64,000 nt of DNA, taken from the NCBI GenBank assembly GCA_963793305.1, contig CAWBZV010000003.1:768001-832000 (forward strand), in the 5' to 3' direction. Of the stretch, positions 40,678 through 49,625 are shown one piece after another (within the stretch, counting starts at the first letter, position 1; each line of letters starts with the position of its first letter). The translations under genes and the position numbers were made by a program. Origin of the DNA: an uncultured Gemmatimonadales bacterium (GTDB lineage Bacteria; Gemmatimonadota; Gemmatimonadetes; Gemmatimonadales; Gemmatimonadaceae). Below the pieces are notes generated by a model that was not told the DNA's origin, did not search any database, and saw only the letters and a program-made list of their open reading frames with translations.

Positions 40678-41019
40678 ATGAAAGACCGGTCTTCCAACGA
40701 GCGTCGTGAGCGGCGCGTCGAGTTTCTGGGCGAGCAAGATGGTCCACCGGAGCGCGAACTCAAAGCGCTTCTGCAGAAAGAACTTCGTCGATTCCCTACG
40801 GTGCGGCGAGCCTACCTTGCGCGCGTCGGGTTTGCACCGGATGCTGCAGTATCCGTGGCGTTGTGCATTGCTCCGAGCTCAAAGAATGATCAGGCCATAG
40901 TTCAGACAGTCAGTCGTGTGTTTGGAGCGTACTTCGCTTCTGAGGCTCATCTCGACATCGTCTTTCTTGATGCCGAACAGGAAGAAGATCTGAGACGCGT
41001 CTGTGGTTCGTTCCTCTAA
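40678..41019 (+). CDS. SseB C-terminal-like domain protein (probable orphan immunity)
   Basis: FLGEQDGPPERELK...VRRAYLARV...LDIVFL. Confidence 0.65.
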   Translation: MKDRSSNERRERRVEFLGEQDGPPERELKALLQKELRRFPTVRRAYLARVGFAPDAAVSVALCIAPSSKNDQAIVQTVSRVFGAYFASEAHLDIVFLDAEQEEDLRRVCGSFL

Positions 41020-41032
41020 AAACCGTGGGAAT

Positions 41033-41160
41033 CCGCTTCGCCCGCGGGTCGGGTGTTAATTCGGGCCTCGGTGGGCCGTCTGGATCGCCGGACCTCACAG
41101 TCGTCGCGCGGGTCGAGTGTAAATTCGGGCCTCATCGAGCCTTCCGGATCACTGGACCTC
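41033..41160. repeat. Two degenerate tandem units with 64-bp period
   Basis: cgcgggtcgggtgttaattcgggcctc (41043) vs cgcgggtcgagtgtaaattcgggcctc (41107); ggacctc at 41090 and 41154. Confidence 0.8.
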
Positions 41161-41169
41161 GCGCCTGTC

Positions 41170-41590
41170 ATCAGGGCCGCGCCGTGGACAGAGGGGTGGT
41201 CGTCCCACTGACTGAGGCTCGCAGCCTGGGTGTGTTTGCGGACCTCCCCCCGTACACCGCGTGTGACGACCGTGTGTCTCCTCGAGCGTCCACGGCGCAT
41301 TCCGGATCGCTAGGTCTCTCGTCTCACGCGGAATAGCTCGTGATCAGTTGTCAAACAGCGCCGAAGAGCTGCGTGCGTAGTGGGACCTCCACGCGACGAT
41401 CAAAACCTCGGTGCTCGGCGGGTCACGCCGGCACGACACATCTTCATAGACGCTTCGGATCCGAGGGAGACCTAGACGGTTGTATGACGACGGTCACCTG
41501 CGCGAACAGCCAGGGCCGCAAGGAACTTGAAGGTCGAAGCATCTCCCTCCACGCTCGGCTCACCACCCGTACCTTCGTCTTCTCCTCCGT
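41170..41590 (-). ncRNA. Candidate structured RNA downstream of the IS110 recombinase
   Basis: Inverted repeats 41179-41189/41288-41298 (11/11), 41310-41320/41465-41475, 41449-41457/41535-41543; no credible ORF. Confidence 0.45.
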
Positions 41591-42858
41591 TCATGCCGCT
41601 CGATACGGCGACTCACGCTGGAGCACCTGCCACCGCCCGGCGTCGAACGGTTCTGCGGTCTGCATGATATGCAACAACATCGGGACGAGCTTCCGGGCGA
41701 TCGCACACACGGCGCTCACCTTGGATCCGCCGTTTCGCGCGACCAGCGCGACGTACTGCTCATGACACAATCCACCCGTCCGGCAGCATCGGCCCGCGAG
41801 CAGGAAGAGCTGGCGTCGGAGCGCCGGCCGCCCGCGCTTCGTCTGTCGGATCCGACTGCGGACGGACGTTCCGCTTTCCTTCCCCGCCAGGTTCATGCCG
41901 GCGAGCTTCAGCACCTGGCGCGGCGAGACGTAGCTCGCCGGCGTGCCGAGTTCGGCGACGAGGGTCGAGGCGCAGACGACGCTCACACCCGGCACCGTGG
42001 TTAAGGCGGCGACGGCCGTGATCTCCTGGGCGAGCTCCGTCAACTGAGCCTCGACCGCCCCGATGTGAAGCCGGACGATCGTCCACCGGGCGAGGAGACG
42101 CCGGATCTCCTGACGGCGGGCACCGCGATCGTCGACCACTCCGATCGTCAATGCCGCGGCCGTCAGGAACGCGTTGATCCGGTCTGGCGCGAAATGGTTG
42201 TGCGAGACCTTGCGGATGAGCGCTCGTACACGCATCGGTCGCTCGGCATCGAGCTCCGCCGGCGTCGACCAGTGCCGGAGCAGCGCGATCGGCGTGCAGT
42301 ACTTCACGTCGGTGAACGTGGCGGTGAACTCCGGCCAGACGACGTCGAGGACGCTCAAGAGTCGGTTCTTGAGTCGCGTCTCCTCGACGGCGAGCCGCTG
42401 GCGCTCGGTCGTCAGGGCCCGAAGGGCGATCGCGCGCGGCTCAAGAAGGGCGTAGCTGACGAACAGACCGTCGCTCACGAGCCGACAGATCAGGCTAGCG
42501 TCTTTCGCATCGTCCTTCCGTGGGCTGTTGTCTTCCATCTCCTTGAGCCGCTTCGTCAGAGCCGAGAGCACCGTGACCACGCGTAGCCGCGCCGGTGCAG
42601 ATCGGCGGCGAAGGTCTGCCCATGGTGGCCCGCGAACTCGATGCCCACGAGCATCCGTTCGCGGGGCACGTTGGGGAACAGTGCGGTGAGATGTGCGTCA
42701 GCAGCATCGAACCCGCCGCGACTCACCGGCACTGTAATGGCCTTGGTGCGACGGCTGTCCGGCCCGCGTGCAACGAGCATGTGAAAAGTCTTGCCGGTGT
42801 CGACACCCACATGGACGCAAAAGGTACGGGCGTACGCGAGCTTGTCGTCGGCGTGCAT
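41591..42858 (-). CDS. IS110 DEDD recombinase/transposase, one frameshift near 42580
   Basis: VGVDTGK, GIEFAG, KDDAKDA; PGVS...LVAELG, KESG, TKRGRPALR, AIARKL. Confidence 0.92.
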
Positions 42859-42869
42859 GGCGCGGGCGA

Positions 42870-43055
42870 GTAGAGTGTGGTAGCGTCAGCCGGGGGAGGC
42901 CAGACTCTCTCACCCGTGAGAATGTTGCCGCTACACTAATGCACGCTGCATACCACACCTCGCGATCACCAGCGCTCGATCAATGATCGACGGCAAAACA
43001 AAACCCAATGTCGGTGTGCAGCGCTCTATAGTGGCTGCACACTAACATCGGGAGA
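42870..43055 (-). ncRNA. Candidate bridge-RNA-like structure upstream of the IS110 recombinase
   Basis: About 19-bp hairpin 43004-43052 with G-U pairs, then stem gtgtggta/taccacac enclosing a large internal loop and an inner tctca/tgaga hairpin. Confidence 0.5.
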
Positions 43056-43062
43056 TAGATGT

Positions 43063-43599
43063 GTAAATTACTCGGACCCATTCGGTCTGAGCCCATGCCC
43101 TCCAGACAACGACTGCGGCATCAGCGCGAGCGACGCACTCGCGGCTCTCACGGGCGCGGGTCGGCTCCTTCAGCCCGCGCAAGGACCTCTCGAAGTGGCT
43201 GGTACGATTGCGGTCGCACCGCTGGCCGGGGGAGTGGGGGCAGCCGAGGAGATCAGCGGTGCCGTGATTGCGCTCGGACAGACGCTGAGGTCCGGAGCCG
43301 GTAGCGGGGTTCTGACAGCGGCGGGAGTAGCGGGACGAGTGGCGTCTGCGACCGGCGGCGCCGTTTCCCAGCTAGCCAAGTCGGAAGGTTTCAAAGTCAC
43401 GGTGGACGCCGGGCGAGCTATTGTCGCTAGAATTAAGTCTACTGGCGACATCCGTGTGGGTATCGACGGCATCGGCTCACTGACACGCGAGGGCGTAGTG
43501 TCCGCGAATCGAGCGCTCACCCATCTGAAGAACCTGTCGAGCCAAGAGATAATTGGTCTCATCAACAAGGCTCGTGAATTGCTCGCAGCGCCACGCTAA
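43063..43599 (+). pseudogene. Orphan Rhs toxin tip 2, truncated at the VNYSDPFGL junction
   Basis: gta aat tac tcg gac cca ttc ggt ctg in frame with ORF 43195-43599; tip ...IRVGIDGIGSLTREGVVSANRALTHL (possible RNase fold). Confidence 0.82.
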
Positions 43600-43623
43600 C
43601 CAACCTCTGACGCCTTATCTCTC

Positions 43624-43959
43624 ATGGATCGCGCCGTCCTGCCGCAGGCACTCAATGGTGGTTACATCGAGGAGTACGAGTTCGACCTGCGTCGGAATCT
43701 ATTCTCCATGCGAGTCCATGTTCTCGACAACGATCTGCTGTCCAGCTATAACGTGCGGTTCGAGAAGTTGAGTCAGTTCGCGATGGATAGTGAGAGCCTG
43801 GGTGACAAAGAGCGACTCGAACTGACCGAGATCTGGATCGACTCGACTCCGGAGTCGTCCAGTACCGAGGAGTGGAGTATTACGATAAGCATGTGGGACA
43901 TTACTCACATTCGCCTGCGGTGCGCCATCATCGTGATCGATGGCGCACCGCTGCGCTGA
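43624..43959 (+). CDS. Putative cognate immunity protein of tip 2
   Basis: Acidic beta-rich 111-aa ORF 24 nt after tip 2; lower GC. Confidence 0.68.
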   Translation: MDRAVLPQALNGGYIEEYEFDLRRNLFSMRVHVLDNDLLSSYNVRFEKLSQFAMDSESLGDKERLELTEIWIDSTPESSSTEEWSITISMWDITHIRLRCAIIVIDGAPLR

Positions 43960-43971
43960 CGACGAGAGACA

Positions 43972-44886
43972 TCACTCTGTCACCAAGAAATTGAACTGCC
44001 CGAGCTCCTGCGCGCGCGCGAAGTCGGAGGTGCTCCCGAGGGGGACCGGCCCGCGCGACGTGATGTAGGAGACGTTGAGGCCGAGGCTGAGGACGCGGTC
44101 GATGATGTGGCCCTCGTTGATCGCCCGCCCGAGAAACTCCATGATCAGCGTCGGCCGCCCACGCGGGCGACGCAGCGTGCGCTCGAATCCATCGAGCAAT
44201 CGCATCTCGTGCCCTTCGACGTCGATCTTGAGCAACGCCGTCTCCGGCGCGATGCCCTCGCGCTCGAACACCTCGTCGAGCGAGACGACCGGCACGTCGA
44301 ATCGCTCGCGCAGGTCGCCCAATGCGGTGCGCCCCGACTCTAGCGTGCTTTCCTGATCGTTCTCGCGAACGTAGAACGTCATCGTGCCCGGCTCGGCGCT
44401 GACGCCCGCGTGGCGCACCTCGACGCGCGGGCTCCAGCCGTTGCGCTCGACGTTCCGTTCGATGAGAGACGCGAGATGGGGCGTTGGCTCGTACGCGATG
44501 ACGCGCGCATGAGGTGCGTGGCTCGCGGCGAGATAGGTGAACACGCCGACGTTGGCGCCAATGTCGAAGATGGTCGTCGCCTCGCGCGCGAGCGATGTGA
44601 AGAGACGAATGGTCGACCAGTCGGCATACTGCTGGAGCGGCTGGACGAGCAGGCTGCGGCAACTCGGCAGCGACAGGTCCAACTCTAATGTGACCACGGA
44701 CGCCCCGAGGTCGATCGACGCGACCGTCGTGCGGTGTGCCGAGCGACAGACGAGCTCTTCGACCGCGCGAGACGCGGAGTTGCCGCCGAGGATGCGGCGT
44801 TGCCCCAAGCGGGCCACCAGCGCGATCAACGGCGGACCGAGTACGGTCGACCCAGTGCGGCGCAACGTGCGCGCGACGACCGACAT
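43972..44886 (-). CDS. FkbM family methyltransferase
   Basis: FDIGANVG, AYEP, SLDE, LKIDVEGHE, IMEF. Confidence 0.92.
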   Translation of the reverse strand: MSVVARTLRRTGSTVLGPPLIALVARLGQRRILGGNSASRAVEELVCRSAHRTTVASIDLGASVVTLELDLSLPSCRSLLVQPLQQYADWSTIRLFTSLAREATTIFDIGANVGVFTYLAASHAPHARVIAYEPTPHLASLIERNVERNGWSPRVEVRHAGVSAEPGTMTFYVRENDQESTLESGRTALGDLRERFDVPVVSLDEVFEREGIAPETALLKIDVEGHEMRLLDGFERTLRRPRGRPTLIMEFLGRAINEGHIIDRVLSLGLNVSYITSRGPVPLGSTSDFARAQELGQFNFLVTE

Positions 44887-44945
44887 GCGGGAAAATCTAG
44901 GGGCGCCGGGCGCCGCGAGCACGAATATCGCAATAGGAGGCCGGC

Positions 44946-45188
44946 ATGCACGGCATGCACGAGATCGGAGCAAACACGGTCGCGACCTGGATCTGCGTGG
45001 TCCTCGTGATCCTGGTCATCCTCGGCGTCCTGCGCGCGCTCGTACGCCCCATTGTCGCCGTCGCGCTCATCGCGATTATTCTCATCATCTTCGGCGTCCT
45101 CCGCGAAGACTCGGTCGCTCGCTTCGCCCGCAACACCGTCCACCAGGTCCACCAATTCGTGGCATCGCTCTTCAGCGCGGCGCGATAG
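44946..45188 (+). CDS. Small membrane protein
   Basis: AGGAGG RBS; two hydrophobic helices. Confidence 0.7.
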   Translation: MHGMHEIGANTVATWICVVLVILVILGVLRALVRPIVAVALIAIILIIFGVLREDSVARFARNTVHQVHQFVASLFSAAR

Positions 45189-45221
45189 GAACACTCCAGG
45201 TGTATCGCGTATTTATCAGAT

Positions 45222-46007
45222 ATGATAGGTACCGTTCATCTCCGCGTCTCGAGCCTCAACCGAGCGATCGCGTTCTATCGCGACCTCTTGGGACTCAAGG
45301 TCATTGCACCAGGCGTCCTCGCCTCGAGTGAGAATGGCCCGCCGCTGATCACGCTGACCGAGCTGCCCGGCGCCACAAAGCCAGGTCGCACGACCGGCCT
45401 GTATCACGTGGCGATCCGCGTGAGCGATGCCCCCGCGCTCGGGCGCCTGCTCGCACGGCTCCTCGCCGCCGACTACCCGCTGCAAGGCGCCAGCGACCAC
45501 CCGACGAACAAGGCGATCTACCTGGCCGATCCCGATGGCAACGGCATCGAGCTCACGATCGATAATCCCAAGTCCGAGTGGTTCGGCCCAGATGGCCAGC
45601 TGCGCCTGGCGTCGCCGCCGCTCGACGGCCACGCACTCCTCGAGGCCGCCGGCCCGGCGCCATGGCCCGGGCTCGATGGCGGGGCCGATATCGGGCACAT
45701 CCACCTACATGTGGCCGATCTCGATCGCTCGATCGCGTTCTATCGCGATGTCGTCGGCATGGACCTCAAGTATTCGCTCCATCGGTTCCGCGCCGCGTTC
45801 ATGGCGTTCGGCGATTATCACCACCACCTGGGCCTCAACACGTGGAATGGCGTCGGAGCAAGTCGCCCGGCGAGCGATGCGGTGGGGCTCGTTTCGTTCA
45901 CCATCCAGGCGCCTGATACAACCGACGGCGACCGCGAGCTCGTCGATCCCGACGGAAATCGCGTGTTAATAACGGCCGGTGTGACTCAAGGAGCGGGCAG
46001 CCTCTAG
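45222..46007 (+). CDS. VOC family protein (CatE-like ring-cleaving dioxygenase/glyoxalase)
   Basis: GLYHVA, ASDH, YLADPDGNGIE, IGHIHL, YHHHLGLNTW. Confidence 0.9.
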   Translation: MIGTVHLRVSSLNRAIAFYRDLLGLKVIAPGVLASSENGPPLITLTELPGATKPGRTTGLYHVAIRVSDAPALGRLLARLLAADYPLQGASDHPTNKAIYLADPDGNGIELTIDNPKSEWFGPDGQLRLASPPLDGHALLEAAGPAPWPGLDGGADIGHIHLHVADLDRSIAFYRDVVGMDLKYSLHRFRAAFMAFGDYHHHLGLNTWNGVGASRPASDAVGLVSFTIQAPDTTDGDRELVDPDGNRVLITAGVTQGAGSL

Positions 46008-46072
46008 CCGTAAACTGCGTCAGCCGCTACTGTTGTAGGGTTACCCCGACCCGAGGAGGGGTCCTGCGACGG

Positions 46073-47650
46073 TTGCGCATCGGCGTTCTTGATCTCGTTA
46101 CGAGCGGCCCGGCCCACGGGCTGTACTCAAAGCTCATGAACGCCAATTTGGCGAGCATCATGCCGCAGGTCATCGGTGCATGGTGTGAGGAAGCGGGCCA
46201 TGAGGTCCGCTTCGTGTGTTATACGGGGTACGAGGACCTCTCCAAAGAGTTGCCCGCGGACACCGACCTGCTGTTCATCTCGTCGTTCACCGAGGCCGCA
46301 CAGCTCTCGTACGCGATCAGCGCGATGTATCGCCAGCGCGGCACCATCACCGCGATCGGCGGCCCCCACGCGCGTTGCTATCCAGAGGACTCGGCCAAGT
46401 ACTTCGACTACGTCTTCGGATTTACGGACAAGCCGCTGGTCTTGAGCATGCTCGCCGACTGCGAGCAGCATCGGCCGATGGGCGTTCAGCTGAACGCCGG
46501 CAAGCAGCCGCGCCAACTGCCCAGCGTCCGCGAGCGCTGGAAGTTCATCCAGGTCACGCTCGCCAAAGCGCCGACGATCAAGATCGTCCCGATGCTGGCG
46601 AGCTTGGGATGCCCATATACGTGCAGCTTCTGCATCGACTCGACCGTCGATTATCAGCCGTTCGAGCCCGAGCAAGTACGCGATGATCTCCGGTTCTTGC
46701 TGGAGAACATGAAGCGGCCGCGCATCGGCTGGCATGACCCGAATTTCGGCGTGCGCTTCGACGAGACGCTCGGCGCGATCGAGGAGGCGATCCCACCCGG
46801 GAGTGCGGACTTTATCGCCGAGTCGAGCTTGTCGCTGCTCAACGAGGATCGCCTGCCCCGACTGAAAAAAAACGGGTTCGCCGCGATGCTGCCCGGTGTC
46901 GAGTCCTGGTTCTCGCTTGGCAACAAGGCGAAGACGGGCAAGCACTACGGGATGGAGAAGGTGAAAACGGTCGCCGAGCATGTGAACATGGTCATGCGCT
47001 ACATCCCGTACATGCAGACCAACTTCGTGCTCGGCCTCGACACCGACGAGGGTGACGCGCCGTTCGAGTGCACCAAGGCGTTCGTCGATTTGGCGCCGGG
47101 TGCCTTCCCGGGATATTCGCTGCTCTCGGCGTTCGGCCGGGCCGCGCCGCTCAACCTGGAGCTGCAACGCGCCGGGCGCGTGCTGCCGTTCCCGCATCAC
47201 TTCCTGAACAACAACCTGGCGATGAACGTCAAGCCCAAGAACTACACTTGGGAGTCGTTCTACGACCGCGTCATCGATCTCACGACCTATTCGTTCTCAC
47301 CTCGGGCGATCTGGAACCGGTTCAAGGCGACCGGTGGGACGATCCCGAAGTGGATGAACGTCGTGCGCGCGATGTCGAGCGAGGGGTGGGGACGCCAGCG
47401 GTACTACACGAAAGTGCGGGCGCTCCTCAGCTCGGACGCGAGTGTCCGGCGGTACTTCAACGGCGAGACGGACACGCTGCCGGCGTTCTACGAGAACCGC
47501 GTGAAGCAGGATCTCGGGCCGTTCTGGTCGGAGCTACCGGAAGGCGCGCTGCGGCACGATCCCAACGCCTACTTGAACGCCGAGCGGGAGCGGGTGACGC
47601 GTGGGACCGAGGCTACTGTCGAACTTCAGCGTTCCTCGCCGGCGTCCTGA
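46073..47650 (+). CDS. Radical SAM protein with B12-binding-like N-terminus
   Basis: GGPHA, GCPYTCSFC, DPNFG, PGVES, FVLGLD. Confidence 0.88.
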   Translation: MRIGVLDLVTSGPAHGLYSKLMNANLASIMPQVIGAWCEEAGHEVRFVCYTGYEDLSKELPADTDLLFISSFTEAAQLSYAISAMYRQRGTITAIGGPHARCYPEDSAKYFDYVFGFTDKPLVLSMLADCEQHRPMGVQLNAGKQPRQLPSVRERWKFIQVTLAKAPTIKIVPMLASLGCPYTCSFCIDSTVDYQPFEPEQVRDDLRFLLENMKRPRIGWHDPNFGVRFDETLGAIEEAIPPGSADFIAESSLSLLNEDRLPRLKKNGFAAMLPGVESWFSLGNKAKTGKHYGMEKVKTVAEHVNMVMRYIPYMQTNFVLGLDTDEGDAPFECTKAFVDLAPGAFPGYSLLSAFGRAAPLNLELQRAGRVLPFPHHFLNNNLAMNVKPKNYTWESFYDRVIDLTTYSFSPRAIWNRFKATGGTIPKWMNVVRAMSSEGWGRQRYYTKVRALLSSDASVRRYFNGETDTLPAFYENRVKQDLGPFWSELPEGALRHDPNAYLNAERERVTRGTEATVELQRSSPAS

Positions 47651-48281
47651 ACGAAGGCGCGCCGCCTTGCCCCGAGGCGGCGCGGTACCAGTCTCCCAGC
47701 TCGCGCCAGGCACCCGCCGTCTCCTGAACCGGCGCAGCGCTGCGCCATGCGCAGAGCCCGCTGCCGCGGGTCGTGAGACAGTCGCGCCGGTAGCTGACGC
47801 CGAAGTGCACGAGCACCCAGTCTTCGTACGCCGCGACGCCGTACAGCGCCTCTGACAGCGAGGTGCAGGCCTCCCGCCATTCGCCCGGGCTGATCGGCGA
47901 CCGGACTTTCGTCGCCTGGAGCGGCACGCAGGAGTTAGGGTCGATCCGAACGCCTTCCGTGCGCCGTGGCTCGAACCCGAGGCGCCGTACATAGACGCCG
48001 GACGAGGTCGGGTCGCCGGGAGCGGTCGTGACGAACATTCCGCTCTCGCAGACCCGCATGAGCCGCATGCTCTCCATGGTCAGCGAGTACGCGCTGGACG
48101 ACAGCGTCCCGCCCGCGACCGGTCCGCAGTCGCAGGTGAACCCGTACGCGAGAAGCAGATTACCGGACGGGTGCTTGACGTCGTGGTTCCAGAGCCAGAG
48201 CTGCTGGTCGAACAGGCGTTCGGCCCGCGTGCGCATCGCGCGCGGAAGTTGAAATGGAATAAGGGTATGCGAGAACGCCAC
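47613..48281 (-). CDS. Hypothetical protein
   Basis: QQLWLW..DV.HP.GNLLLAYGF; starts 9 nt after the anti-sigma stop. Confidence 0.6.
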   Translation of the reverse strand: MAFSHTLIPFQLPRAMRTRAERLFDQQLWLWNHDVKHPSGNLLLAYGFTCDCGPVAGGTLSSSAYSLTMESMRLMRVCESGMFVTTAPGDPTSSGVYVRRLGFEPRRTEGVRIDPNSCVPLQATKVRSPISPGEWREACTSLSEALYGVAAYEDWVLVHFGVSYRRDCLTTRGSGLCAWRSAAPVQETAGAWRELGDWYRAASGQGGAPSFRTPARNAEVRQ

Positions 48282-48290
48282 GAATCGGAT

Positions 48291-49049
48291 CTACCGCGAA
48301 ATGGTGTCAATGTTCCGAGCTAATTCCTGCAAGTCACTTGGGTTCACGTCGGATACGGCCCAGTAGACCATTCCTGCGTGCGTCCAGTGTAGCATGGAAT
48401 ATCCTAGACGCAACTCACCTGCCGGTTTCGACTCGTTGCCGCCGGGCCATTCGTAGACGTTGATCTTGTGCTGGCGGCGGCCGTAGACGAGCGCCGCGAC
48501 CCGCTTGCCGGCGATGAAGTCGACCCGGCCGCCGAGCAGAGGGAAACCCTGAGGGGCGAGGTCGACTACAGACGGTGCGAAGTCGAGCTTGCCCGAGTAC
48601 CAAGGTTTCACGGTGTGTTGGTCAGTGGACGCAACGTCGAACAAGTGCGCTTGATCGCCAGCGAGCGATCGGACATGGCTATCAAGCACTTCCTGGGCCG
48701 TGGTATCGTTACCGCTCTGTCGGCCGCCAACCGCCAGGCCCACGGCCAGCACAACCGCCGCGGCGGCGGCGAGGACTCCTGGGCTCCACATCGGGCGGCG
48801 CCGGCGGGCCCAGGGGCTTGCTGCCGTTGCTTCGGCGGCTTCGAGCGTGGCGGCAATGCGCTCACGGAGTGCGGCCGGGGCAGTCTCCGCGCGCGCCTGC
48901 CGGCGCAACGCGTCGCCCATCGCGCGATACTCGGCCAGGCGTGCGGTGCAAGGCGGACAGGTGGGCAAGTGCGCCTCCAGTGATGCAACGTCATCCAGCT
49001 CGCCGTCGGCGTAGGCGCTGAGGAGATCTTCAAATTGCTCGTGCGTCAT
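48291..49049 (-). CDS. Zinc-finger (HxxxCxxC) transmembrane anti-sigma factor
   Basis: LSAYADGEL, HLPTCPPC, TM, STDQHTVKPW, LLGGRVD, WAVSD. Confidence 0.92.
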   Translation of the reverse strand: MTHEQFEDLLSAYADGELDDVASLEAHLPTCPPCTARLAEYRAMGDALRRQARAETAPAALRERIAATLEAAEATAASPWARRRRPMWSPGVLAAAAAVVLAVGLAVGGRQSGNDTTAQEVLDSHVRSLAGDQAHLFDVASTDQHTVKPWYSGKLDFAPSVVDLAPQGFPLLGGRVDFIAGKRVAALVYGRRQHKINVYEWPGGNESKPAGELRLGYSMLHWTHAGMVYWAVSDVNPSDLQELARNIDTISR

Positions 49050-49573
49050 GTGGCCCTCTCAGCGACATCCCCAATGAGCTTGCGCAAGCGCTCGCGGGCG
49101 CGAGCGAGGCGCGACATCACGGTCCCGATCGGTGCGTTGATCGCCTGCGCGATCTCCTTGTACGAGAGCCCTTCGAGCTCGCGGAGTACCACGACTTCGC
49201 GCGCCTCGTACGGCAGCTGGGCGAGCCCTTGCTCGATCGTCAACCGCTGGTCTTCGTCCACGCTCAACGGGTTCGAGTGCAGCCGATCGTCGAACTCGAT
49301 GGTCTCCGCGCGATCCATGCTGCGCCGACGCGACGAGTAGCAGGTGTGCCGCACGATCGTGAGCAGCCACGCGCGGCTCTCTTGCTCAGAGGCGCCGCCC
49401 GCGCCACGAAACCCATCGAAATATCGCAGTGCGCGCAGATACGCCTCCTGGACCACATCCTCGGCGTCATGACGATTGCGCGTCAACTGCCGCGCGACGG
49501 CGTACGCGGCATCGAGGTGTGGCATCATCAGCTTCGCGAAGCGGCCGGAGCGCTCGTCAGGGTCCTCTTTCAC
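49046..49573 (-). CDS. ECF sigma-70 factor
   Basis: DAEDVVQEAYLRA, AWLLTIVR, LSYKEIA, GTVMSRLARAR. Confidence 0.94.
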   Translation of the reverse strand: MKEDPDERSGRFAKLMMPHLDAAYAVARQLTRNRHDAEDVVQEAYLRALRYFDGFRGAGGASEQESRAWLLTIVRHTCYSSRRRSMDRAETIEFDDRLHSNPLSVDEDQRLTIEQGLAQLPYEAREVVVLRELEGLSYKEIAQAINAPIGTVMSRLARARERLRKLIGDVAERAT

Positions 49574-49625
49574 TCTACCAGTATAGCGCCCGGAATAATC
49601 CCGCCGCCCCCGCGGTCTTCCGGAT

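Larger units (their letters stand above)
41117..43069 (-). mobile_element. IS110 family element (ends tentative)
   Basis: Recombinase with long non-coding ends; GTGTAAATT present at 41117-41125 and 43061-43069. Confidence 0.7.

Noticed and set aside
41033..41590. TIGR-like regular guide array
   Set aside because: Only two full units; motif spacing is irregular (64, 86, 143 nt).
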